A stretch of DNA of 64,000 bases from Escherichia phage LF82-4. Made by a program: the position numbers and the translations under genes. The notes beneath the pieces were generated by a model. That model made no database searches. It had not been told where the DNA came from and worked only from the letters and a program-made list of their open reading frames with translations. Location of the stretch: sequence record PV660448. One strand, 5' to 3'. Below, in pieces: positions 54,098 to 62,676 of this stretch. The first letter of the stretch is position 1. Each line of letters starts with the position of its first letter.

Positions 54098-54286
54098 TCA
54101 TTTCCAAGGACTCCATGGTGGAGGGTCGTCATAATAAGAGGCGAGGTCTTTCAGGGCTTCAACAGGTAAACTAAAGCCGTGTCGTTGTATAATACTATCT
54201 AGTTCATCGACAAGTTCACTACGATGAACTTTAGGAGCCTTGACTTCAGGCTCATCAAACATACTCATCAAGTCCATATTATTCAC
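54098..54286 (-). CDS. hypothetical protein (62 aa)
   Basis: ORF track. Confidence 0.4.
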   Translation of the reverse strand: MNNMDLMSMFDEPEVKAPKVHRSELVDELDSIIQRHGFSLPVEALKDLASYYDDPPPWSPWK

Positions 54287-54743
54287 CGAGATAAAAACTA
54301 GGCTGCTCGGAGAATGTTTCTAGCGCTACACCTTTTGTCTTAAAAAATTTCCAAATAGCTCGTTGCAAATGGACTAAATCTGCTAATGATGTAATAAAGT
54401 ATTTTTTGGCAAAATACTTATGGTCCCGCTTTTCAAACAGGTCTAAACGCTTTTCAGGATTCACATAAACAGCATTTTCTGTAGATTCGTACCCTAAATC
54501 CTTTATGCCTTCTTCAAGACTAAACGGAGAATTTTTAGAACGAGTAATAGCTCCAACTCGCTCTACACGAATTTTGTAACCTTTAGGAATCTGCAATTTG
54601 CAGAATTCTTCTACGATATATTGCGGATTATTTAGACTTTTGTTAATGAGAATAGCTATTTCTAGTGGAGTCTTATCTTCCACTGGTATATGTTTAAATG
54701 ACTTGGCTTCAAGCAAATACATTTTAAATAGCATAGCATCCAT
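54279..54743 (-). CDS. hypothetical protein (154 aa)
   Basis: ORF track. Confidence 0.45.
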   Translation of the reverse strand: MDAMLFKMYLLEAKSFKHIPVEDKTPLEIAILINKSLNNPQYIVEEFCKLQIPKGYKIRVERVGAITRSKNSPFSLEEGIKDLGYESTENAVYVNPEKRLDLFEKRDHKYFAKKYFITSLADLVHLQRAIWKFFKTKGVALETFSEQPSFYLGE

Positions 54744-54922
54744 TATAATTTCCTCGATGGTTCACCCATATAAAGTTTTACAATACGTTCGCCTTCATCT
54801 TCGACGAGCTTTTCTTCATGTTTCTGGAATTCTTTAGCCATATTCTCTTCAAGAACATCCAGCCAATCTTCTGGACCGACACCATCGTCCCAGCTTTTAA
54901 ACCATTTAACTATCTTGTTCAT
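54743..54922 (-). CDS. hypothetical protein (about 59 aa from internal Met)
   Basis: trimmed from ORF 54743-54949. Confidence 0.35.
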   Translation of the reverse strand: MNKIVKWFKSWDDGVGPEDWLDVLEENMAKEFQKHEEKLVEDEGERIVKLYMGEPSRKL

Positions 54923-55110
54923 TCGCAGCTCCCTGAGCTTGAACCACAATCAGAATAACTTGTCCCAGAATCACCAGGCCAAGACGATACGTATGAATGA
55001 TTATAACTTGAAGAGCTTGAAGCAGACTTAGGACGAATAACTTCTTCCATCATGCCGTCACCAATGTATTCCCAACTTTTTTCGTGTGTATCAGGAATAG
55101 GCATCATACC
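54919..55110 (-). CDS. hypothetical protein with Ser/Cys-rich C-terminus (start uncertain)
   Basis: trimmed from ORF 54919-55230. Confidence 0.3.
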   Translation of the reverse strand, partial: GMMPIPDTHEKSWEYIGDGMMEEVIRPKSASSSSSYNHSYVSSWPGDSGTSYSDCGSSSGSCE

Positions 55111-55120
55111 TTCGCCTGGT

Positions 55121-55348
55121 TTAACAGCAAATAACTTCTTCAGTATCGTAAGCATTAATTGTTCCTCGAACAAAACGAACACCACCATCATCCCAACGGA
55201 TTTCGGCATTAAATTTGACGTCTTCACCATCCATCATGAATGAGTGTACGACTACGTCATCATAATATCCAAGTCCGTATTTCAACGAAACTTCTTGTGC
55301 AATCAAAGCGCCTAATGTGTTATTAGGTTTAATCCAACGATTTAACAT
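55121..55348 (-). CDS. hypothetical protein (75 aa)
   Basis: ORF track. Confidence 0.4.
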   Translation of the reverse strand: MLNRWIKPNNTLGALIAQEVSLKYGLGYYDDVVVHSFMMDGEDVKFNAEIRWDDGGVRFVRGTINAYDTEEVICC

Positions 55349-55410
55349 AATGTTCTCCTCTTGAGTAAGTAAGAATATCTTAACATAGTTTTTAGTGGAT
55401 GTAAACTCTA

Positions 55411-55441
55411 GAAACGAAAAAAGGAATCCCGAAGGATTCCT
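55411..55441 (-). terminator. rho-independent terminator after soc (AGGAATCC-CGAA-GGATTCCT plus T-run)
   Basis: 8-bp stem plus TTTTTCG on minus strand. Confidence 0.6.
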
Positions 55442-55449
55442 TAAATTAT

Positions 55450-55686
55450 TTAACCACTTACTGGTGTAGGGGTAAACATTGCAGCGTTCTTAGTACGCCA
55501 ATCTGCTGCGTCAGTCACCACAGTAGTGTAAGCAGCTTTTTCAGATGGGAAAGTCTGATAATGAGCATCAGCAATCCGATGTTCGTTTGAATAAATCTCA
55601 AACGGTACAGAAACTTCCATACCTTTAACTTCTTTACCTTCACCAGCAGGATGTGTAAAGGTTTTGATGTTTACATAACCACCCAT
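55450..55686 (-). CDS. soc: small outer capsid protein Soc
   Basis: 78 aa; recalled similarity to T4 Soc. Confidence 0.85.
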   Translation of the reverse strand: MGGYVNIKTFTHPAGEGKEVKGMEVSVPFEIYSNEHRIADAHYQTFPSEKAAYTTVVTDAADWRTKNAAMFTPTPVSG

Positions 55687-55717
55687 AATTAACTCCTTTG
55701 TTGTTTAATTACAGGTG

Positions 55718-55725
55718 TATTTATA
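55718..55725 (-). promoter_or_regulatory. late promoter TATAAATA for soc
   Basis: exact TATAAATA on minus strand about 30 nt upstream of soc ATG. Confidence 0.55.
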
Positions 55726-55731
55726 ACTTAA

Positions 55732-56253
55732 TTAGTACCCATTATCCTGACGTTCAAAGTTGTGTTGGTTTTTCAAGTAGTAAAGTTTAAAGATTTCTTC
55801 AGCCGAAAGACCAAGACCTTGGAACATGTTCAGAACGAAATGCAGAATATCAATCATTTCAAATTTAATTTCAAGCTGGTCTTCAGGAGACAGTTCATCG
55901 ATACGACGATTTCGATATTCAGCATGTTGTGCTTTCCATGGCTTCCATACACTGCTAGCGGCTTTTTCACCATTGCTCATACCACCAAGTGAAGTCAGCA
56001 GTTCACGGAATTCATCATCAATATAATCTTTCTGATTACGCAGCCAATCAACAACATCACCAGCAGTAGCCAATTCATCAGGATGTTTGTTATGTTCAGG
56101 CTTGTCATTTGCCAGACGAACCTGTAAAGATTTCTGCATATCAAGCATTACCTGCAGTGGGTCTTTATCTTCGTGAATCAGAGCATTAAAATAAGCTTCT
56201 TCTGCTTTATCAACACCAGAAATAAGTTGTGAACATTCGTTAAAGTGTGCCAT
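55732..56253 (-). CDS. 56: dCTPase / dUTPase (MazG-like pyrophosphatase)
   Basis: start set at MAHFNEC; recalled similarity to T4 gp56. Confidence 0.85.
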   Translation of the reverse strand: MAHFNECSQLISGVDKAEEAYFNALIHEDKDPLQVMLDMQKSLQVRLANDKPEHNKHPDELATAGDVVDWLRNQKDYIDDEFRELLTSLGGMSNGEKAASSVWKPWKAQHAEYRNRRIDELSPEDQLEIKFEMIDILHFVLNMFQGLGLSAEEIFKLYYLKNQHNFERQDNGY

Positions 56254-56341
56254 TATTTTTCCTTTCAATTCAGTATAAGAGAGTTAATTCTAACATTAAT
56301 TTTATAAAGCGTAATAAATAATAGGTAACCAAGGAGATATT

Positions 56342-56539
56342 ATGTTTAAACTTCCATCGTTAATCAACGCTATTAAAGGCAATAAAAAGAAAACTGCTAT
56401 CGCTGCAATAGTTGTAGGTGGCATTATTTCATGGAACTTCGGTATCGCACCGGTGTTAGTTGCTAATGGTATTATAGTTCCTTCTGTTCCATTGGATACT
56501 GTAGTTGATTTGGCCTTTGCTATTATAGGGCTTGTTTAA
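56342..56539 (+). CDS. small hydrophobic membrane protein (65 aa) on opposite strand to neighbours
   Basis: strong RBS AAGGAG 7 nt upstream; two predicted TM helices. Confidence 0.45.
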   Translation: MFKLPSLINAIKGNKKKTAIAAIVVGGIISWNFGIAPVLVANGIIVPSVPLDTVVDLAFAIIGLV

Positions 56540-57558
56540 ATCTTCGAATAACGAGATAATCTCATTTTAGCATGCAACCCACTTGAAATATTCTGTTTCA
56601 TATATTCTAAAATTTCTTGTGGTGTTGCATTTTCTTTCATTACCATATCATTCACATCCTTTGAACTCCATGGAGCTCGGTCCCAGAACATGACACGTTC
56701 GCCTGCATCAACTAATCGCTTCATGCGAGCTATAGTATCTGGATGCCTAGGTTCATTATCCATTACCCATACCCGACGTTCTTTAAATGGTACCACATCT
56801 AAATCTATTGAGCCGCCTGTAATAGCGATTGCATTGGGTATGAATAAACTATCAATAGGACCTTCCATTACCCAGACGTCCCCTTCCTTAACACGTTCAA
56901 CACCATAAATTTTTGTTGCAGACTCAAACGCTTTAATAGTGATATATTTCTGAGGAGCATCTTTACGAAGTGCACGTCCTTGGAATGACTCAGCCTTCCC
57001 GTCTTTATTAAAAATAGGAATCACTAAACGTGGTTCGGGAATCTCTTTCTTATACGTACCAGGTTGAATCTTGTTGACCAATTTGGGCCATTCTAATGTG
57101 AACCATAATCTGTTCCATGATTCTTTAGGAATACACCGAGACTTAACATATTTCACAATAGGATGCTCTTCAGGCAACTTGTCCAGACGAGAACAAGACG
57201 GCAAAGAATTTATAGTCTTTTTCTCTGGTTCTGGTTTATGTTCAGGAACCTTTTCAATCTTTGGTTCCATTCTAGCTTTTTCTTTACGAACTTCCATTAG
57301 ATACTCGCGATAAAGCTCTTCATCATACTCTTTTAAGTATCCGGAAATTGTATTATGATATTGACAGTTATAGCAATGCACATTACCTGGAGTACCGCCA
57401 TAATACCATCCGCGGGCTTTCATTGCATCTGTCTGAGAGTCACCACAAACTGGGCATCGAAATGTTAATTTAAATGTGCTTGAATTATTGATTTGTCTAA
57501 AACGAGGTAGGTGAGAAAACGCACGATAAGCAAATTCATTATCTATCCATTCAGCCAT
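56536..57558 (-). CDS. 61: DNA primase gp61
   Basis: 340 aa; zinc ribbon CPVCGDS...HCYNC. Confidence 0.9.
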   Translation of the reverse strand: MAEWIDNEFAYRAFSHLPRFRQINNSSTFKLTFRCPVCGDSQTDAMKARGWYYGGTPGNVHCYNCQYHNTISGYLKEYDEELYREYLMEVRKEKARMEPKIEKVPEHKPEPEKKTINSLPSCSRLDKLPEEHPIVKYVKSRCIPKESWNRLWFTLEWPKLVNKIQPGTYKKEIPEPRLVIPIFNKDGKAESFQGRALRKDAPQKYITIKAFESATKIYGVERVKEGDVWVMEGPIDSLFIPNAIAITGGSIDLDVVPFKERRVWVMDNEPRHPDTIARMKRLVDAGERVMFWDRAPWSSKDVNDMVMKENATPQEILEYMKQNISSGLHAKMRLSRYSKI

Positions 57559-57597
57559 AGTATTCTCCAGAGGCCTTAAATTAATAAGGCCATCATA

Positions 57598-58092
57598 TCA
57601 CAACTTATTAATATTTACTTTAATTCGCTTTCTTTTCTTGGAAGGAATTTGTTCTGGACCTTTATTTACGACTGCACCTGTAGTTGTTCCTGATGCAATA
57701 GCTTGAGGGCTGCCACCTGAATCACCAGCAACCATATCCTCGAATAAAGGGAGTTCTTTAAATATTTCTTTCTGCTGTTCTTCCGTAATGTTATAGCGTG
57801 AAGCTACAGCACTCCAGGCAGACATCATTGAGGCCATTCCATTAAGACCTGGAACAGTACTCATCATTCGCTTCATTGAACGAACTGAAGCATGAAAAGG
57901 TGTATAAGCCGCTTTCTCTTCGGGAGTAGAAGGACGTTTAAGAACACTTCCACGTTCGTCGATTATTTTGGCTTCGTACGCTTTCCATTCGGTAAAAGGT
58001 TTTTGCATTAGTCGAATAAACTTATATGCGTAAACAGAATCTATTGCAGTGTTAATAATACCCATAGGTACCTCCTGAGTATATTTAATCAA
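57598..58092 (-). CDS. hypothetical conserved protein (164 aa), 61.1 position
   Basis: ORF track; synteny. Confidence 0.5.
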   Translation of the reverse strand: MIKYTQEVPMGIINTAIDSVYAYKFIRLMQKPFTEWKAYEAKIIDERGSVLKRPSTPEEKAAYTPFHASVRSMKRMMSTVPGLNGMASMMSAWSAVASRYNITEEQQKEIFKELPLFEDMVAGDSGGSPQAIASGTTTGAVVNKGPEQIPSKKRKRIKVNINKL

Positions 58093-58282
58093 TCACAAAG
58101 ATCGCTTTATCACCGTTCGCATCTGTGACTTCATATGTAGTGTCTTCATAGTGTGGAATATTCCAAATTACACCATCATTAGCTTTTACGCTAATATTGT
58201 ATTGGTGTTTTGAAACAACTTCATAATCTTCAAAACTTGTAAAAACACTAATTTTAGAACCAGTGCAAATTGCAGTAGTCAT
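58085..58282 (-). CDS. hypothetical protein (65 aa)
   Basis: ORF track. Confidence 0.4.
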   Translation of the reverse strand: MTTAICTGSKISVFTSFEDYEVVSKHQYNISVKANDGVIWNIPHYEDTTYEVTDANGDKAIFVID

Positions 58283-58283
58283 T

Positions 58284-58943
58284 TTAACCTCGATTCATAA
58301 ATGCATTAAATATTTGGTCATCAACAGAAATTTCTAATTCGACTTCAATTGCTTCAACCTTTTCTTCAGGTGGTAATTCGTATCCACACACTACAATTTT
58401 TTCATCGATATCAAAATATACAGAAGCAATACGATTAATGTTACTTTCAGTTAAGTCTAAATCAACATCAACATCTTTTTGACCTACACTTAAAGGATAA
58501 CTAATACGAGTTATTTTATTATCTTTAACAAAGAGTCCACCAACATACTCTGTACTACGTTTGAAGTTTACACGTTTCCGAATTGAAAGATATGATACAT
58601 CTTTACCGTGAGCTCGGCTCATAGGACATAATGAATAACTAGAATAAGAGATGTCAAATCCTACGCCTTCAACATGTGCTAGAGTATCATGAGTAAACCA
58701 ATTATAGTCGTATGCTAAATCCATTAAATTATAATATGTGAAAGGCACTGGATTAACATCATATGTTGTACCTTTAAAATCTGCCCATGCAACGATTTCG
58801 TTATCTTTAACAATTACAAAAATTACACCAATATGGTATCCATTATTATTTTCATTCGGCGTTATATTATAACATTGTGCATTAGGAAATTTACCATATT
58901 TAAATGGCGCGTTTTTGTGCATGTAATAAATCATATTATTCAC
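58284..58943 (-). CDS. hypothetical protein (219 aa), 61.2 position
   Basis: ORF track. Confidence 0.45.
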   Translation of the reverse strand: MNNMIYYMHKNAPFKYGKFPNAQCYNITPNENNNGYHIGVIFVIVKDNEIVAWADFKGTTYDVNPVPFTYYNLMDLAYDYNWFTHDTLAHVEGVGFDISYSSYSLCPMSRAHGKDVSYLSIRKRVNFKRSTEYVGGLFVKDNKITRISYPLSVGQKDVDVDLDLTESNINRIASVYFDIDEKIVVCGYELPPEEKVEAIEVELEISVDDQIFNAFMNRG

Positions 58944-59229
58944 CTGTGATTTCGGTTACGATATCTTTGTTATCGAAATTAGGGTCACAATACAAAACAT
59001 AGTTGTACTGCATGATACCGCCAGACTTAAGTTGTTCAACAACTTTATTAACCATATTAGGACGGTCTCGTTTAGTGATGTTCATGATATCAGAGAAGAT
59101 TTGTTGTTCAACCTCTTCTTGATTTGCAGTCATTGACCACTCACAGAGGTCTTTATCATAACCTGCTGTAACTGGAGCCGGTGCACATGATACTGCAAGT
59201 AAGATTGCTGCCAATGATAACTTTTTCAT
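58936..59229 (-). CDS. sp: spackle periplasmic protein (superinfection exclusion)
   Basis: 97 aa; signal peptide MKKLSLAAILLAVSCAPA; recalled similarity to T4 Sp. Confidence 0.7.
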   Translation of the reverse strand: MKKLSLAAILLAVSCAPAPVTAGYDKDLCEWSMTANQEEVEQQIFSDIMNITKRDRPNMVNKVVEQLKSGGIMQYNYVLYCDPNFDNKDIVTEITGE

Positions 59230-59258
59230 TTTAACTCCTTAGTTGATTTGATAGGACT

Positions 59259-59288
59259 ACTATACTATAGACCATCTATAATGTAAAC
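59259..59288 (-). promoter_or_regulatory. T4-type early promoter
   Basis: minus-strand GTTTAC-N18-TATAGT upstream of sp. Confidence 0.5.
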
Positions 59289-59292
59289 AAGT

Positions 59293-59541
59293 TTATTCTT
59301 TTTCGCGAATAATAATTACTTGTTGAGGCTGCTGAGCAGATTTCTTTTCGGCAACGATAGACCAAATTAAAGTTCCAATCCAACCAACCATCGTCCAGTT
59401 AAAGAGTAAAGATACAAAGAAGATTGCTGTTGTGCTTTTTGTGCCACGAATAAGTGCGATTACCCAAGGCAACATGTAAATGATGATTGAACCAATACCT
59501 GCGATTAAAACTGCTACTGAACTAGCCACGAATAATTCCAT
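59293..59541 (-). CDS. predicted inner-membrane protein (82 aa, two TM helices)
   Basis: hydrophobicity pattern. Confidence 0.5.
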   Translation of the reverse strand: MELFVASSVAVLIAGIGSIIIYMLPWVIALIRGTKSTTAIFFVSLLFNWTMVGWIGTLIWSIVAEKKSAQQPQQVIIIREKE

Positions 59542-59602
59542 GTTAATTTCCTCTTGATTTGTTATGTTTATAGTATCTTGGTTTAACTTTGGTGTAAACC
59601 AA

Positions 59603-59971
59603 TTAATTAAATTTGTTTAAACGTTCAATACACTGGACGTAGTTATTCGCGATTTGTTTCTGGGTAGGCTCTTTACCAGTTGTTTCAACATAGCGAATAA
59701 ATGCGATTTCAGTAGCCTGTAGACAATGTTCTTTAACGCGTTGTTCTTTTGACATAGCTACAGTATCAGAGTCACGATAACGTTGAGCATGAGCATCAGC
59801 TTGAATCATTCGATTACCTACAGTAACCGGGTCTTCCACTTCAACTTTAGGTTGGTTGTACTGTTTAACATTCGGATTGTAAATCAGTTGGCCAACGTTA
59901 TTAGGGATAAAGCCATGAGCACCACATCCGGTTAATCCAAATACCATTGCTAAAGCGATTAATTTTTTCAT
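59603..59971 (-). CDS. predicted lipoprotein (about 122 aa)
   Basis: start at MKKLIALAMVFGLTGC (lipobox) downstream of promoter 60000-60029. Confidence 0.5.
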   Translation of the reverse strand: MKKLIALAMVFGLTGCGAHGFIPNNVGQLIYNPNVKQYNQPKVEVEDPVTVGNRMIQADAHAQRYRDSDTVAMSKEQRVKEHCLQATEIAFIRYVETTGKEPTQKQIANNYVQCIERLNKFN

Positions 59972-59999
59972 TTCAATTTCCTCTATAGTTGATAGGTCT

Positions 60000-60029
60000 A
60001 TAGTATCACTACCATAGACCCCTGTAAAC
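60000..60029 (-). promoter_or_regulatory. T4-type early promoter
   Basis: minus-strand GTTTAC-N18-TACTAT. Confidence 0.5.
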
Positions 60030-60041
60030 AATTATTTTATT

Positions 60042-60182
60042 TTATTCCTCGTCTTCATGCTCGTAAGCATGTTCTTCAGATTCACGGTCGCAGTCTAAAC
60101 AAGTCGCATTATCATATGCATCGAAAACAGCTTCGTCTTCATAGACGCTACAACCACACACTACACATTCTACTTCTTCCAT
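60042..60182 (-). CDS. small zinc-ribbon protein (about 46 aa)
   Basis: CVVCGC...CLDC plus acidic tail; start at internal ATG adjacent to dmd stop. Confidence 0.35.
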   Translation of the reverse strand: MEEVECVVCGCSVYEDEAVFDAYDNATCLDCDRESEEHAYEHEDEE

Positions 60183-60183
60183 T

Positions 60184-60387
60184 TTAGATTTCCTCTTTAC
60201 GCCAATCGGATTCAAAAACTTTCTTATCATCAACAAATGCTTCAACTAAAGCTTTATTTACTTCAGCAAATTGAGAAGTGGCCCATAGGATTTGGTCTTT
60301 ATCAGACACGTCCATGGTAACTTCTTTGGTAAACATATTCCCATTTTCAAACCAACCAATAAACAACACTTTAGCCATATTTTCCAT
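60184..60387 (-). CDS. dmd: Dmd (antitoxin against host RnlA/LsoA RNases)
   Basis: 67 aa from MENMAKVLFIGWFENGNMFTKEVTM...; recalled similarity to T4 Dmd. Confidence 0.65.
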   Translation of the reverse strand: MENMAKVLFIGWFENGNMFTKEVTMDVSDKDQILWATSQFAEVNKALVEAFVDDKKVFESDWRKEEI

Positions 60388-60388
60388 T

Positions 60389-60706
60389 TTAGATTTCCTC
60401 ACAGAAGGCCCATTCAGCGTGATAAACTGTAGCACCTTTAGTATCATTCATTTGAACTACGTCTACCGGAGAAATTACTCGATAGAGACGTGGTTCACCT
60501 CCATAAGAGCGTGCTGCTCGTCCTGCATAAATCTTTGCTAAACCGATATCTTCAGTAAAGAATACACGATCCAAGTTTTTCTTACGTCCAGTTTCAGACA
60601 GAACTCCTGTTTCTTCAGGAGGACAAAGCATGTTTTCGATGTTAGCTGAACTACTTGAACCGTGATAAAAAATCTTAAATTCTGCTTTACAATCGATGGT
60701 TTTCAT
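60389..60706 (-). CDS. hypothetical protein (105 aa) with Y-H-G-S motif; not present at this position in T4
   Basis: ORF track; KIFYHGSSS...RLYRV pattern. Confidence 0.45.
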   Translation of the reverse strand: MKTIDCKAEFKIFYHGSSSSANIENMLCPPEETGVLSETGRKKNLDRVFFTEDIGLAKIYAGRAARSYGGEPRLYRVISPVDVVQMNDTKGATVYHAEWAFCEEI

Positions 60707-60732
60707 TTTGTTCTCCAGTAGTTGATAGGTCT

Positions 60733-60761
60733 ATAATAACACAACTACTGGAGAAGTAAAC
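60733..60761 (-). promoter_or_regulatory. T4-type early promoter flanked by 12-bp inverted repeat CTCCAGTAGTTG/CAACTACTGGAG
   Basis: minus-strand GTTTAC-N17-TATTAT. Confidence 0.5.
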
Positions 60762-61136
60762 TTAAAAACGTAATTTAGATATATCTGCGTTGATTTCGTT
60801 TTGGTTTGCGTCGTATGCAATTAAACGAACCGCTTTAGATGGGTCATTCAATGCATAGAAATGATGGAACATTGCTCGAACGATATCACCATTTACGAGT
60901 TCTACCTGGATAGGAGAACCTTTTTCGAGTTGGAAATGTTCATAAGCTTTGATGGTTCGCAGATAATCAAGTTTTTGATTTCCGGCTCCGACAATTTGTA
61001 CGATACGTTTGCCCATGTTTTCCATACGAGATACAATAGTTTTAGGGGCAAGAATAACGTAGGTTGCCAGTGGAGAAACTACTTCAACAGTTGTGTTTTC
61101 TGTGATTGCAGTAAAAATTGCTTGAGACATATTCAT
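60762..61136 (-). CDS. hypothetical protein (124 aa); not present at this position in T4
   Basis: ORF track. Confidence 0.45.
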   Translation of the reverse strand: MNMSQAIFTAITENTTVEVVSPLATYVILAPKTIVSRMENMGKRIVQIVGAGNQKLDYLRTIKAYEHFQLEKGSPIQVELVNGDIVRAMFHHFYALNDPSKAVRLIAYDANQNEINADISKLRF

Positions 61137-61195
61137 AATGTTTTCCTCTTGGTTGGTGTAAGTTCATCATATCATGCCTAGAGGAAGATGTAAAC

Positions 61196-61218
61196 CCCGA
61201 AAGGAGACCGAAGTCTCC
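61196..61218 (-). terminator. hairpin GGAGAC-CGAA-GTCTCC after gene 41 (palindromic; T-run is on plus strand)
   Basis: third copy of the GGAGACCGAAGTCTCC element. Confidence 0.45.
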
Positions 61219-61224
61219 TTTTTA

Positions 61225-62667
61225 TTAAAATTTTAACTCGTTGGCTAAGCTATCTAGGTCAGCACGTGTTGCTTTGGCTTTACCTACGCGTTCCGTACGA
61301 TTCACCTCTGCCTGACGCATCTGAGCACCTGCGTTTTCATTTACTGTGTTAGGTGTGTTCATGCCTTCTTGCTCAATCTCAATCCATTTCTGGTTACCTT
61401 TACGTACACCCATCAGGAATTTATTCCACTTATTCTTATCACCATATCGTGATTTGATTTGTTTGATAAGTTGTTGTTCGGCTTGTGCAAGTTCTTCGGT
61501 TTCAATTACAGCCAACATGAAATCTGCTGTCGCCGGTAAACCTGCTGATTCTGCAATATCGCTCATGTTCATGTCTGAAGCATCCCATGCTGCACGTCCT
61601 ACTTGAGCTGCAGTCCATAGAACTGTTTCAGATTCTACTGCTAATGCACGAAGTTCTTCTGCGATAGCTTTAACTAATGTGTAACTATTTTCAGTGTAAA
61701 CTCTGATACGACAAGACCCACAAATACCTAAGTAATCGACTATGATTACAGACGGCACAAAGTTCTTCTTGAGTTTCAATTCATTAAGCAATGCACGGAA
61801 TGTATTAGCATTAGCTCCGCCAGTAGGATACTGTTTGACTACTAAACGTCCTAATGTTGATTTTGAACGCCATTTTTCCATCTTGGCTTTATATTCAGCA
61901 TAAGATACGTTACCATCATCGATATCATCGAGCGATACGTCAAGCATATTTGCATCTATACGCTTAGCACAAACTTCTTCAGCCATTTCCATGGAAATAT
62001 AAAGAACATTATGTCCTGTTTGAAGATAATCTGCAGCAAGTGAACAAAGGCCTAAAGATTTACCAACGTTAACACCGGCCATTAAAACGTTCAGTGTACC
62101 TTTTTCTGCACCACCTTTGGTGATTTTATTAAGAATGTTTAATTTGAACGGGACCTTACGTGCTTTATTTAGATAAGAAAGCCAGCGTGCTTCGTAGTCT
62201 TCCATCCAGTCATGCCCAACATAACTATCAAACGAAATTGAAAGTGCTTGACGCATAATATCAGGAATAGCTCCTACGTCAGGCATTTTCTTGTTACGTT
62301 GTTCTGGAGGTAGTTCAGCATTAGACTGAATCTCAATGATTTTGGATGTAGCATTATACATCGCTTTTTGCTGGACATACTTCTCAGTTTCTTTAACCAA
62401 CCATTCGTGGTCTTCAGGAGTATCAGCCAATTTTTCAATTAGGTCTGAAGTTCCTTTATATTCAGCTTCAGTTAAAGAACTGTTATCTAAAGCCACCTTT
62501 AATGCATTGATAGATGGCATTGCATTATATTCGTTAACGTGGCTCTTTATAATTTTAAAGACATTTTTTGCCGGTCCACGCTCAAAGTAATCAGAATCCA
62601 TATAAGGCCAGACCTTAGAAAAATAAGCCTGGTCGTATACGAGATGAGACAAAATAATTTCTACCAC
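61225..62667 (-). CDS. 41: replicative DNA helicase gp41 (DnaB family)
   Basis: 480 aa; Walker A GVNVGKS. Confidence 0.9.
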   Translation of the reverse strand: MVEIILSHLVYDQAYFSKVWPYMDSDYFERGPAKNVFKIIKSHVNEYNAMPSINALKVALDNSSLTEAEYKGTSDLIEKLADTPEDHEWLVKETEKYVQQKAMYNATSKIIEIQSNAELPPEQRNKKMPDVGAIPDIMRQALSISFDSYVGHDWMEDYEARWLSYLNKARKVPFKLNILNKITKGGAEKGTLNVLMAGVNVGKSLGLCSLAADYLQTGHNVLYISMEMAEEVCAKRIDANMLDVSLDDIDDGNVSYAEYKAKMEKWRSKSTLGRLVVKQYPTGGANANTFRALLNELKLKKNFVPSVIIVDYLGICGSCRIRVYTENSYTLVKAIAEELRALAVESETVLWTAAQVGRAAWDASDMNMSDIAESAGLPATADFMLAVIETEELAQAEQQLIKQIKSRYGDKNKWNKFLMGVRKGNQKWIEIEQEGMNTPNTVNENAGAQMRQAEVNRTERVGKAKATRADLDSLANELKF

Positions 62668-62676
62668 GATAACTCC

